A stretch of 64,000 bases of DNA from an uncultured Chitinophagales bacterium (lineage in GTDB: Bacteria > Bacteroidota > Rhodothermia > Balneolales > CAYWCV01), in assembly GCA_964456845.1 (NCBI GenBank), contig CAYWCV010000002.1:15314-79313 (forward strand), read 5' to 3'. The translations under genes and the position numbers were made by a program. How positions within the stretch are numbered: position 1 is the first letter of the stretch; each line of letters begins with the position of its first letter. Below are positions 36,107-44,732 of the stretch, piece by piece. The notes beneath the pieces were generated by a model. That model worked only from the letters and a program-made list of their open reading frames with translations, searched no databases and was not told the origin of the DNA.

Positions 36107-39100
36107 TTACTTGACTAGGGCAACTTTGCTTGTTGCCCTGAACGAACCCGCATGCATTTCAACGATGTACACACCACTGGCCAAATGGGATGCATCCCAC
36201 ACAATGTTGTGGTAACCAGCACCCAAGATTCGATCGGCCAAGACGGCAACTTTTCGACCCGTTACGTCATAAACGTGGATGCGAACGGCCGAAGGACTCG
36301 GCAGCGCGAAGCTGATATTGGTGGTTGGATTGAACGGGTTTGGATAGGCATTATTTAAATGATACTCCTGCGGCAGTTGTGCGTCTGCATAAAGATCGAC
36401 TTGACCGGGATTTCCGATTACCCAGTCAAATAGGTGCTTCCCTTCAAGAAGGTAGAGCTCCAGTGTTCCGTCTTGTTCGAACATCAACTTTCTGCCCGTC
36501 TTCGAATCAAAGAGGTAGGAATGTAATCCATCCACCAAAAGAACTTTCAAGGTATAGTAACCCGATTCCGATACCTCAATGGATGTTTCCTCCGTAATGA
36601 CCTGGCTTGTGTTCGGGTGCGAGAGGGTGGACCAAAAACGAATTCGATCATGTATATCATCCTTATATAGGGTAATGCTTGCACTACTGAAGGTCCCTGG
36701 TGGTGCTACGTGATCATGCTTGTCGTAGCCTTCGGTTGCGTCGTCTGCTAATAGGATAACCGTCGATCCAAGTAGTGATTCTTGGTCGTAGAGTTCCAGT
36801 GAAACCTGGCGTAGTTTTCCGGATCGGTCGTTACCATCCGTCTCAATGCCAGCAGCAGCAGCCATTTGAGCTTGTGCTGGGTAGGGGATTTCCAGCTCGG
36901 TACGGTTAGAACGGTTAAAGAAGTAATACCCAATGTTTACTTGCATCGTCGTCGACGGAACCCATAACCCTTCGAAGGCAAATATCGGATCGGTGATCGC
37001 ATTCATCTGTTGCACCGCAGACCATGACACCGCCCTCTCAAAAGGGTTGCCAATGATGTTCCATCCGGGATTAAGCGGAATGCGATAGCTGTCTTGGTTT
37101 GTAAGGGTTACAGCAGGGATTGTCTGATTTACAACCCAATCTCGTTTTGCCAGAATCCAGAAGCCGCGGCCGGGGCGCAGATTGAATCCAGAGCTGTTGC
37201 GCGACACTTCAACAGTGTTGCTCAGGCCGTTGGCATTGCTGCCCGTTTCTGCATAGGCATTCCAATCGGATCTCTGCTTGCCGTAATCTTCGAAGGTGAA
37301 AACAATAGGAAGGTTGGCGTCGCCTGCAATTGCCGCCAAGCGGTAGGACGACTGCCGTGTATTCGCAAAAGGAATCGATTTTTGGACGTTTACTTGGCCT
37401 GCATATGCGAATGTCCTGAGTTGGCCTGTTTCAGACCACTGACTTGGTCCGCTCACATTGAAGGCGCGGACCCTCCAGAAATAATTCTGGTCAAAGTTTT
37501 GAAGGAATACTGTAAAAGTCGTATCGGCACGCTCTTCGGTTGTAAGCAGTACGGTGCTAAAATCGGGTTGTGTGGAAAGTTGCAGTTGATACCTGTCGGC
37601 ATCTGGACGGGATTTCCATACAAAGGTTTGCGTACGTTTTGCGTTGGTCAACCCATCAGCGGGCGATGCCGAAACGGGTGGGTCGGGTACTTTTGGAGCC
37701 GTCGTAAATTGGGTGGTATCCGACCAAGCACTGAGCCCGCTCACGTTGCGTGACGCAACCCGTACCCAATATGTCTGTTCGGGTTTCAGGTTGTTCAGAA
37801 TCAGCGTAACATCGTTGTAGTTCTGGGCATCCACAACAAGCTCACTTTCAAAAATATCGGACTCTGATACCTGAATGTCATATCCTTGAGCCCGTGCTGC
37901 TGGCTCCCACTGTAGTGCTAACGGCATGAATATCATCTGGGCACCATCCAGCGGATTCAGGATGCTTGTTGGAGCGGGAAGTTCGGGAAGCGTGCGAAAC
38001 ATTCGCACTTCCGACCATGCACTCTCTCCAGAGCTGTTGAACGCCTTGACCCTCCAGTAATGGATCGTGTTGAACGGAAGCGGTGCGGTTGCCGTCAAGT
38101 CAAGCTTGGTGGCCGTGATGTTTGAATCATCAATAACAAGCTGTGTCTCAAAATCTACGCTGAGCGATAGCTGCAATTGATAGCGCTCCACAAACGAGTT
38201 AGATTGCCATTCCATAATGATCGGCTGTGGAATGAAGTCCAAGTTGTTTGCAGGGGTTAACAGCGACGGCGCAAGCGGTGGCTCGGGAATTGTCGTGAAC
38301 GATCTCACCTGCGACCACGCACCTTGTCCACCCGAATTAAATGCCGCAACGCGCCAATAATACGTTTGGCCCTTATTCAGATTTGTAAGACTGAAAAATG
38401 TGTTTGTCACGTTTACATCTGCCAATACGGCGACATTTAAGTCGGGAATGTTCGACAGCTGGACGCGATAACCATCACTGCGCGTGGATGGATTCCAACG
38501 TAGCAGGACGGGTATCGGAGTATTAATCGTCTGCGTAGGAGGGGTGATCAATACCACTTGGTCTGGTATCTGAACAACCGTTGTGAACGATCGTACTTCT
38601 GACCAGTCTCCAAAGCCGGCTGTGTTTCTGGCTCTGACCCTCCAGTAGTATGTTGTTTGGGGCAATAATGCGCTTAGAAGAAATTCTGTGGCTGCCTGGC
38701 CATCGGATGCAAACACGCTTGTTTGAAATGTGGAGTCGACCGAGACTTCCATGCTGTATGAAGTAGCTCCCTGAACAGTCGACCAGTCGATAAGTAAAGG
38801 CGTCTTTGCATTTGAAAAATTATTGTCCGGTGCAACTAGTGCCGGCACACCCGGAGTGACAACAACCGTTCTGAAGGTCCTTGTCTCCGACCATGAGCTT
38901 TCGCCAGCCTGATTTATCGCAGAGATCCTCCAATAGTACCTTTCTGACGTGAGAAGATCCGACAAAATGAAAAATGTGGATTGAACACCAGTTGTGTCGA
39001 CAAGCCTTGCCGAAAAATTGGCGTCCAGCGAAAGTTGTACCCTATAAGACGAAGCACCACTGGTTGGTTGCCACACAAGCTGAATTGTGGATGGAATGTC

Positions 39101-41380
39101 AATGGCATCATTCCCGGGCAAGCTTAGCACGGGTGTTGCAGTGGTACTTGCATTGATTGTAACAAACAAGAACGTACTCGACCAGTCGCCATCACCACCC
39201 GGGTTGGATGCCCGCACTCTCCAATAGTAGGTCCTGTTTGGAATAAGGTCGCGAGCTTGGTACTGTCTTTCGCTGGTCTCGGCATTTACTACCAACGTTG
39301 CAAACGACTGTGTTGTCGAGACCTGTATGCGATACCTGTCGGCTCGTGCCGCCTCGTGCCAGCTCAAATTTGGTGCTAACAGCACACCATTCTGGTTGTT
39401 CGAAGGATTAGCCAAATTCACTTGCGATGGTGGCGAAATTATTGTCTTGAGGCTTCTAACAGCAGACCATTCGGATTCGCCTCCAATATTGACAGCTCTT
39501 ACACGCCAATAGTACGTAGTGTTAGCGTTGAGTTTGGTGATAATGATCTCGGTCGAACTTGTTACCTCATCAAAAAAAGTCTCCGCAAAAGCATCGGTGG
39601 TGGAAATTTGAATCTGGAACTCACTGGCACTAAGTACGGGTCCCCATTGGAACTTCACGGAAAGGGTGTCGCTACCCACCAGTCCGTTCTCGGGTGCAAC
39701 CGGAAGTGGCGCAGCTGGCGGCAGGTTAACAGTGAACTGGCGTACAGGTGACCAGTCGCTTTCCGATCCCACCCGCTCCGCTTTAAGTCTCCAATAGTAG
39801 GTGTTGTTATCCGACAATCCTGAAACGGCAAAAGTGGTTTGGCTAAGTCCACTTTCGTCCGCTATGAGCGTGTTTTCAAAATTGCTCGAGTTTGCAATCT
39901 GGAGCCAATAGGATTGTGCCTGTGGAACCGAATTCCAGGCAAAATCTACGTTGGAACCCAACCCGCTCTGCGACACTTGAGGGCTTATTGCCAAAGGGTA
40001 TGCAAGTCGCGTTCGAAAAGTAGCGACATCCGACCAAGCGCTTTCGCCTAAATTGTTGACGGCCTTGATACGGTAATAATAATCAGACAATCCATTACCT
40101 AGATCCAGCTGTAGCTGATTGGCGTCTGATAGGATGACATCGTGCTCAACTGCCGTAAATTCGTTGCTGTTCGAAACCTGCAATTGAAACGAAAATGCGT
40201 TATTGACGGGCAACCATCTAAAAATCGGACTTGTTGTAACTTCGCTGGAGCTGTTTACTGGAAAAACTGCGATTGGTGCATCCGGAAGGTCTAGCGCAGA
40301 TCTTCCAAAGTAATCGTGGTTTTGGCTGCCAATTTTGGAAAAAGAGCCTCCTAAATGAATTACACCATTCAAGATGGAGACGGCATTCACCCGTTCATTT
40401 GTCTCTCCCGGATTCTTCCACGAACCCCCTTCAATGTTGGCTAGGTTCAGAATTGACGGATCGGTGCTGGATGTAAATTCGCCGCCGATGACCATATCCG
40501 TATTATCGCTCGAAATATCGTAAACCGTGCCGTTGACACCCGTTCCAAGTGTCGACCAAGCCGTTCCATTCCAGGTAGATACTGCTCCGCTAAACTCTCC
40601 GCCCACTACAAGCTGCCCACCGTGCAGCGAGATGGCATACACTACCCCATCTAAACCTGAGCCGATGGCACCCCAAGCCGTTCCGTTCCATCGTGCAATT
40701 CGTTCGGTCGCCACACCACCTGCCAATGTAAATTCCCCACCGGCGATGAGGTCATCTCCGTTCGAATAAAGTGCGTAAACAGGGGCATCTGCCCCAGACC
40801 CCAACGGCTCCCATTGTGTTCCGGTCCAACGCGCTATGTGGTTGAGCGTAATGCCCCCCGATGAAGTGAATTCCCCGGCTATGTAAATGCTTCCCTTGTG
40901 GTTAACTATCGCCCGAACAGTCCCATTTACACCGGCGCCCAAGGCCTGCCAGGCAACCCCGTCCCATCGCACGATATGGTTCACCGTCTGGCTTCCTACC
41001 TCGGTGAAGTCGCCTCCAACGATTAAAAAGTTGTCTGCCGTTTCAAGTGCATATACGGGCCCATTTAACCCGGATTGAAGCGATTTCCACTCATTGCCCG
41101 ACCAACGGGCAATATGGTTCACCAATTTACCGCCAGCAGTCTGGAAATCACCGCCAACATACCATGTATCATTTTTATATATAATTGTATGAACGGGTCC
41201 GTCTAGGCCTTGGCCGAAGTCGAGCATTGAGTGTGCCTGGTCCATATCTTGACCCTGTCGGGCATGGACGACTCCCACAACCACAAAAAGAATTGCGATA
41301 GAGATCCAGATAAGGCGCCACCGTGACGGTGAAACTACCTTGTCATCTGAGTACTTGCTATGTTGGAAAATCCTTTGCAA
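36107..41380 (-). CDS. Giant T9SS-secreted surface protein: 7-blade beta-propeller, 10 Fn3-like repeats, unknown domain, and Por/T9SS C-terminal sorting domain
   Basis: 1757 aa with N-terminal TM/signal 'WRLIWISIAILFVVVGVVHA'. Seven ~46-aa repeats follow the pattern 'GG.F...GG...N.IARW.G..W..LG.G.NG.VYA'. Ten ~96-aa repeats end in 'YYWRVRA.N..G.S.WS..R.F.T'. The C-terminus 'YPNPFNPTTNISF...IHVYDVTGRKV...ASGVYIVEM...KVALVK' is a classic type A T9SS CTD. Confidence 0.85.
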   Translation of the reverse strand: MQRIFQHSKYSDDKVVSPSRWRLIWISIAILFVVVGVVHARQGQDMDQAHSMLDFGQGLDGPVHTIIYKNDTWYVGGDFQTAGGKLVNHIARWSGNEWKSLQSGLNGPVYALETADNFLIVGGDFTEVGSQTVNHIVRWDGVAWQALGAGVNGTVRAIVNHKGSIYIAGEFTSSGGITLNHIARWTGTQWEPLGSGADAPVYALYSNGDDLIAGGEFTLAGGVATERIARWNGTAWGAIGSGLDGVVYAISLHGGQLVVGGEFSGAVSTWNGTAWSTLGTGVNGTVYDISSDNTDMVIGGEFTSSTDPSILNLANIEGGSWKNPGETNERVNAVSILNGVIHLGGSFSKIGSQNHDYFGRSALDLPDAPIAVFPVNSSSEVTTSPIFRWLPVNNAFSFQLQVSNSNEFTAVEHDVILSDANQLQLDLGNGLSDYYYRIKAVNNLGESAWSDVATFRTRLAYPLAISPQVSQSGLGSNVDFAWNSVPQAQSYWLQIANSSNFENTLIADESGLSQTTFAVSGLSDNNTYYWRLKAERVGSESDWSPVRQFTVNLPPAAPLPVAPENGLVGSDTLSVKFQWGPVLSASEFQIQISTTDAFAETFFDEVTSSTEIIITKLNANTTYYWRVRAVNIGGESEWSAVRSLKTIISPPSQVNLANPSNNQNGVLLAPNLSWHEAARADRYRIQVSTTQSFATLVVNAETSERQYQARDLIPNRTYYWRVRASNPGGDGDWSSTFLFVTINASTTATPVLSLPGNDAIDIPSTIQLVWQPTSGASSYRVQLSLDANFSARLVDTTGVQSTFFILSDLLTSERYYWRISAINQAGESSWSETRTFRTVVVTPGVPALVAPDNNFSNAKTPLLIDWSTVQGATSYSMEVSVDSTFQTSVFASDGQAATEFLLSALLPQTTYYWRVRARNTAGFGDWSEVRSFTTVVQIPDQVVLITPPTQTINTPIPVLLRWNPSTRSDGYRVQLSNIPDLNVAVLADVNVTNTFFSLTNLNKGQTYYWRVAAFNSGGQGAWSQVRSFTTIPEPPLAPSLLTPANNLDFIPQPIIMEWQSNSFVERYQLQLSLSVDFETQLVIDDSNITATKLDLTATAPLPFNTIHYWRVKAFNSSGESAWSEVRMFRTLPELPAPTSILNPLDGAQMIFMPLALQWEPAARAQGYDIQVSESDIFESELVVDAQNYNDVTLILNNLKPEQTYWVRVASRNVSGLSAWSDTTQFTTAPKVPDPPVSASPADGLTNAKRTQTFVWKSRPDADRYQLQLSTQPDFSTVLLTTEERADTTFTVFLQNFDQNYFWRVRAFNVSGPSQWSETGQLRTFAYAGQVNVQKSIPFANTRQSSYRLAAIAGDANLPIVFTFEDYGKQRSDWNAYAETGSNANGLSNTVEVSRNSSGFNLRPGRGFWILAKRDWVVNQTIPAVTLTNQDSYRIPLNPGWNIIGNPFERAVSWSAVQQMNAITDPIFAFEGLWVPSTTMQVNIGYYFFNRSNRTELEIPYPAQAQMAAAAGIETDGNDRSGKLRQVSLELYDQESLLGSTVILLADDATEGYDKHDHVAPPGTFSSASITLYKDDIHDRIRFWSTLSHPNTSQVITEETSIEVSESGYYTLKVLLVDGLHSYLFDSKTGRKLMFEQDGTLELYLLEGKHLFDWVIGNPGQVDLYADAQLPQEYHLNNAYPNPFNPTTNISFALPSPSAVRIHVYDVTGRKVAVLADRILGAGYHNIVWDASHLASGVYIVEMHAGSFRATSKVALVK
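36110..36352 (-). other. T9SS type A C-terminal sorting domain (sub-feature of the giant protein)
   Basis: The last ~81 aa match the Por_Secre_tail pattern (NPF..TT.I.F.L......I.VYDV.GR.V......G.H...WD.....ASGVY). Confidence 0.85.
37409..40285 (-). repeat. Tandem array of 10 Fn3-like coding repeats (~96 aa each)
   Basis: Ten occurrences of the terminal motif (Y/H/T)(Y/F)W(R/V)(V/L/I)... .N..G.(S/G).WS. The array boundaries (aa ~366-1324) were placed by hand and are approximate. Confidence 0.75.
40295..41200 (-). repeat. Seven beta-propeller blade repeats (~46 aa each)
   Basis: aa ~61-362. Seven copies of V(Y/H/R)A(I/L)....(D/G)..(Y/L)(V/I)(G/A)G(D/E)F...G......(I/V)ARW.G..W..LG.G. Boundaries approximate. 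Confidence 0.7.
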
Positions 41381-41387
41381 GCCTTGA

Positions 41388-42368
41388 CTAATTAGATGGT
41401 GGGGTCGGGGGTCCGGGTAATTGTGCGTCTGGCCTCAACAGAAACCATGCCGTAGTGGAAGTACCGGCAATGCCGACCAACGTCCACAGCCACCAGCGCG
41501 TGCGTCTGGCCGGCACAATACGTGGAATGGCCGCAACTTGAACGGGCTGAAACGTGATGGGAAACGTATACAGGGAATCCGCCTTGACTTCTTGGTTCAG
41601 GATAATTTCTTGATAACCCTCTTTGTTTACCGAAATGATATACATCCCCGGTGCAAAGCTAATGGTGTCCCTGATGCCGATAACCGGATGTCGACGCACC
41701 AGGTTGTTCATGTCTAGAAACTCGACAGTAAAACCAGGGTGGTTAGCTTCAAAGGTTAGCCTGCCCGTTCGTGGTACGTCATAAACAGGTTCTTCCACCA
41801 CCTTCAGACGGTAGGTCGCCATCTTTTGCTGGTGCAATTCATGCACTTGGTAGTAAATGTCGAAATCCTTTACGTTCCGGATTTGAATGTGCCGGTCAAT
41901 CCGCGTGATGTTGGGTATGAAAAGGAATACAAATCGAAAACTGATGCTGCCATCGGGACGTATATTGACGTTACGCGATTCGAAACGGATGTTCTGAATT
42001 CTCAGCTGTTCATTCCGAAACCAGTTGAGCACGTCTTCGGCAGAGAAGTATCGCTGAACGCTGGGATCTAGCACGAGTCTGACAATGCCCTCGTCTTGGG
42101 TCACCTGCGGTATGATGTTGTCCACATTCTGAATTTCGACAAGCTCTAGTGCAAACTTGCCGGGCTTGAGCAGGCGCTGGCCGCCGTTGACCTGTGCGGC
42201 AGCGAATTGCACGTTGACGAATGCACACAACATGACCGTCCATATCAATACGGTATAAGGACCAAAGCGTTGTGGTGCTCTGCGATTCACGTATAAATGA
42301 CCCCTGAAAATGTTGACAAACCCCTCAGTTCCAAGCAATGGATTCCTATAGATAAATAAAGATACCAA
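41388..42368 (-). CDS. PEGA-like domain membrane protein (hypothetical)
   Basis: 326 aa. N-terminal hydrophobic 'YTVLIWTVMLCAFVNVQFAAAQ'. PEGA-like 'HPGFTVEF...APGMYIISVNKEGYQEIIL'. C-terminal TM 'WWLWTLVGIAGTSTTAWFLL', then a Pro-rich tail. Confidence 0.45.
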   Translation of the reverse strand: MVSLFIYRNPLLGTEGFVNIFRGHLYVNRRAPQRFGPYTVLIWTVMLCAFVNVQFAAAQVNGGQRLLKPGKFALELVEIQNVDNIIPQVTQDEGIVRLVLDPSVQRYFSAEDVLNWFRNEQLRIQNIRFESRNVNIRPDGSISFRFVFLFIPNITRIDRHIQIRNVKDFDIYYQVHELHQQKMATYRLKVVEEPVYDVPRTGRLTFEANHPGFTVEFLDMNNLVRRHPVIGIRDTISFAPGMYIISVNKEGYQEIILNQEVKADSLYTFPITFQPVQVAAIPRIVPARRTRWWLWTLVGIAGTSTTAWFLLRPDAQLPGPPTPPSN

Positions 42369-42408
42369 TAATTGTTCCCGAGCATGAACTATAATTGATG
42401 TATTGTGG

Positions 42409-43704
42409 TCAGCGGTTTACCTGAACGCGAAAGATGGGGGGTTGACCGGTGGGTGCCGGAAACGGTGCCTTCAGCTGCTGTATATGGTCCATTCGTACGG
42501 CAAGAACGGCACGAATGTCCGACTTTTTCCACGCATACCGGCCTTGGGGATTAATGACGAATGTGTCAGTAATTCGTAGTATATGCTCATAAGCAAGCTC
42601 GGGGTGCCGCACCATCCATATACCTCGCACGACAACCTCATCGCCCTCGACTTTCCGGGCGCTTATCGTGTTGTAGTAGGCCGGCAAGCCCTGACCGACC
42701 ACCGACCCAAGTCGGTCAATACCATCCCCGCCAGTGAGTGTAAACCTTTCCACTTCTTTTCCTTCGACCGCCAATTCCACGCTGAAATCAGGGTCTGACA
42801 GTAGGTCGCGATATCTCAAGTCGGGTGGAAGCGATACGGTTGCCCACCGATGCGCCACCAACGAAGCGATCCTTCCTTCTGGAATCGCCAACTGTTCACG
42901 GTTTGTCGGAACCCAGTGACTCGATTGATTTTTTCGAGCGAATGAACGCTCGTTGGTGTAATAGTCAATTACCGGCAATTGGAAGGAATAGGCATTCGCT
43001 CGCATAGTAAGTCCGTAAAAAACACTCGGCTCATACTCAACAGATACGTTACCCCCATGGTTCGTAGTAAGCATGGTCACAAGATAGTCGCGGTAGAGTA
43101 CACTTTGACCTTGCAAGAGCAGATCGAGTGTGGGTGTGATTCTGACACGAAGATTGCCTGAGCCCGAGTCTGATGCCAGTACAGGTCCATTTTCGTCGAT
43201 TGTGAGGTAAAAGCTGCTGGGATTTAGTTCCGGGTTCTGCCTCACAAATTGCAGTAGCTGAGCTTCCTTGCTGCCAAGAAAGGGCGTTTCCACCACGATA
43301 TAATTCGAGGCGACCACACTTCTCAGATAGGCTTCGTCTCTTGTAAGTGCAGACCAAATGATTCTGGCTGCGATGATCTGTGCTGGCTTAGAGATATACG
43401 TGTCGGCGATAGGACCCAAATCGAGAAACTCACCTACGTCGTAAATCTGTCCGTCAACGGTGAGATGAAATTCCAGTTTACGCTCTCCCTCAGACGTGTC
43501 GAGCGTTCTGACGATGCTGGTACCTAAAAACGATGGGCCGCGCACCTCGTCTTCAGCTGTAACCGTTGCGTTGACACGTTTGGCCCAAGCATCGTAGACC
43601 ACCCTGGGAAAAGAGGGAACAAACTGATCGTTTGCAACCAGACTAGCCGGAAGGCAAAGATAGATGACCGTGGCAATGATGATCAAGCTTCGTGTCATCA
43701 TCAA
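42409..43704 (-). CDS. Secreted hypothetical protein (no family recognised)
   Basis: 431 aa with signal peptide 'MMMTRSLIIIATVIYLCLPASLVAN'. Track start 43704 is TTG, and ATG codons follow at 43701 and 43698. Coding status is supported by length and tight operon packing only. Confidence 0.5.
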   Translation of the reverse strand: MMMTRSLIIIATVIYLCLPASLVANDQFVPSFPRVVYDAWAKRVNATVTAEDEVRGPSFLGTSIVRTLDTSEGERKLEFHLTVDGQIYDVGEFLDLGPIADTYISKPAQIIAARIIWSALTRDEAYLRSVVASNYIVVETPFLGSKEAQLLQFVRQNPELNPSSFYLTIDENGPVLASDSGSGNLRVRITPTLDLLLQGQSVLYRDYLVTMLTTNHGGNVSVEYEPSVFYGLTMRANAYSFQLPVIDYYTNERSFARKNQSSHWVPTNREQLAIPEGRIASLVAHRWATVSLPPDLRYRDLLSDPDFSVELAVEGKEVERFTLTGGDGIDRLGSVVGQGLPAYYNTISARKVEGDEVVVRGIWMVRHPELAYEHILRITDTFVINPQGRYAWKKSDIRAVLAVRMDHIQQLKAPFPAPTGQPPIFRVQVNR

Positions 43705-43706
43705 GC

Positions 43707-44732
43707 CTATCTGATGATTTCGAACATGTTCAGATCAATCAGGGTGCCATCCTCAAACGGTTCGGGCTGCCAGGCCCTCACATAGATCAAAGGCTGGTCT
43801 TCGTTGCTGAAATCGATCATGAAGGAAAGGTATCCTTCGTCGGAATAGGTAGATGACGACCATTTTTGAAAAACCTGCACCCAGTAGATCTCATCATACT
43901 CCGGGTGTTTTAGGATATTGACACCACTGAAGTCGATATTGACGAAAGCGTTGTTGCGGAAGATGACGTTGCGCAGGCGGTCGATGTACTCTGCCTTCGT
44001 CTGGCGGTTGAGTCGAAACCGTTCGCGCACCACCTCGTTGTCTCGAGTACGAACCATGCTTCCACTGTCGCCATATTCAGAAATACGTGTTCCAGTAATG
44101 ATGAGCGCCTTGTCGCTGAACTGGAGGTCGATATAATCGGCATCCTTTCGATTATAGGCTGTCTTGAACTGCTCGAGGAAGTTTATGATTACACGCCGTC
44201 TGTAGTCATCCTCCAGGCTTACGGCGTTTTGGATGATCATGTTGAACTGATGTTCCTCGATGGCAAACCGGGCATCTGTCAACCTGCCGTCAGCATCAAA
44301 GTTCAAGATCAACTCGAGCGACCTGCCGCCGGAACTCGAATCGGAAGTGACGTACATCCTCCTGATTTCGTAGGTGTTCTGGTTCAGCATGATCACCTGC
44401 GACCGTAGTTCTCCGGCGTTCGTGCGAATACCCGTTTCTTTTATGAGTTCATTGAGACGCTCAACACCGTAGGCACCATCACCTGCAGCTATGTTTGGCG
44501 GCAGCAGTATACTGCCTACCGATGGGTTGTAACGGTTGATGGCCGTCATTACGGCACCCGAGTTTCGCTCCAGCATGGAGACGATGTCTCTTCCCGGACC
44601 GTCTGTGAGGATGACCTTTACTTCCTGAGATAACTGAGCGTGAGCATGCACCTGCGGCAATGCCGTCAGCAGCAGTGCGAGAACGAGTAGGCGAAGCATG
44701 GCGAGGGGCTGAATAAATCGTGTGGACATCAT
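43707..44732 (-). CDS. Secreted hypothetical protein (C-terminal half possibly NTF2/SnoaL-like)
   Basis: ATG 44732 overlaps the cyclase TGA (ATGA). Signal peptide 'LAMLRLLVLALLLTALPQVHAHAQ'. 'RRRVIINFLEQFKTAYNRKDADYIDLQFSDKALIITG' loosely resembles NTF2-like domain openings; this is a weak visual call. Confidence 0.5.
   Translation of the reverse strand: MMSTRFIQPLAMLRLLVLALLLTALPQVHAHAQLSQEVKVILTDGPGRDIVSMLERNSGAVMTAINRYNPSVGSILLPPNIAAGDGAYGVERLNELIKETGIRTNAGELRSQVIMLNQNTYEIRRMYVTSDSSSGGRSLELILNFDADGRLTDARFAIEEHQFNMIIQNAVSLEDDYRRRVIINFLEQFKTAYNRKDADYIDLQFSDKALIITGTRISEYGDSGSMVRTRDNEVVRERFRLNRQTKAEYIDRLRNVIFRNNAFVNIDFSGVNILKHPEYDEIYWVQVFQKWSSSTYSDEGYLSFMIDFSNEDQPLIYVRAWQPEPFEDGTLIDLNMFEIIR

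Noticed and set aside
37409-40285. Regularly spaced repeats that might be mistaken for a CRISPR or satellite array
   Set aside because: The periodicity (~288 nt) exists at the protein level (Fn3-like modules) within one intact 1757-aa ORF. There are no short identical direct repeats with unique spacers, and no cas genes in the window.
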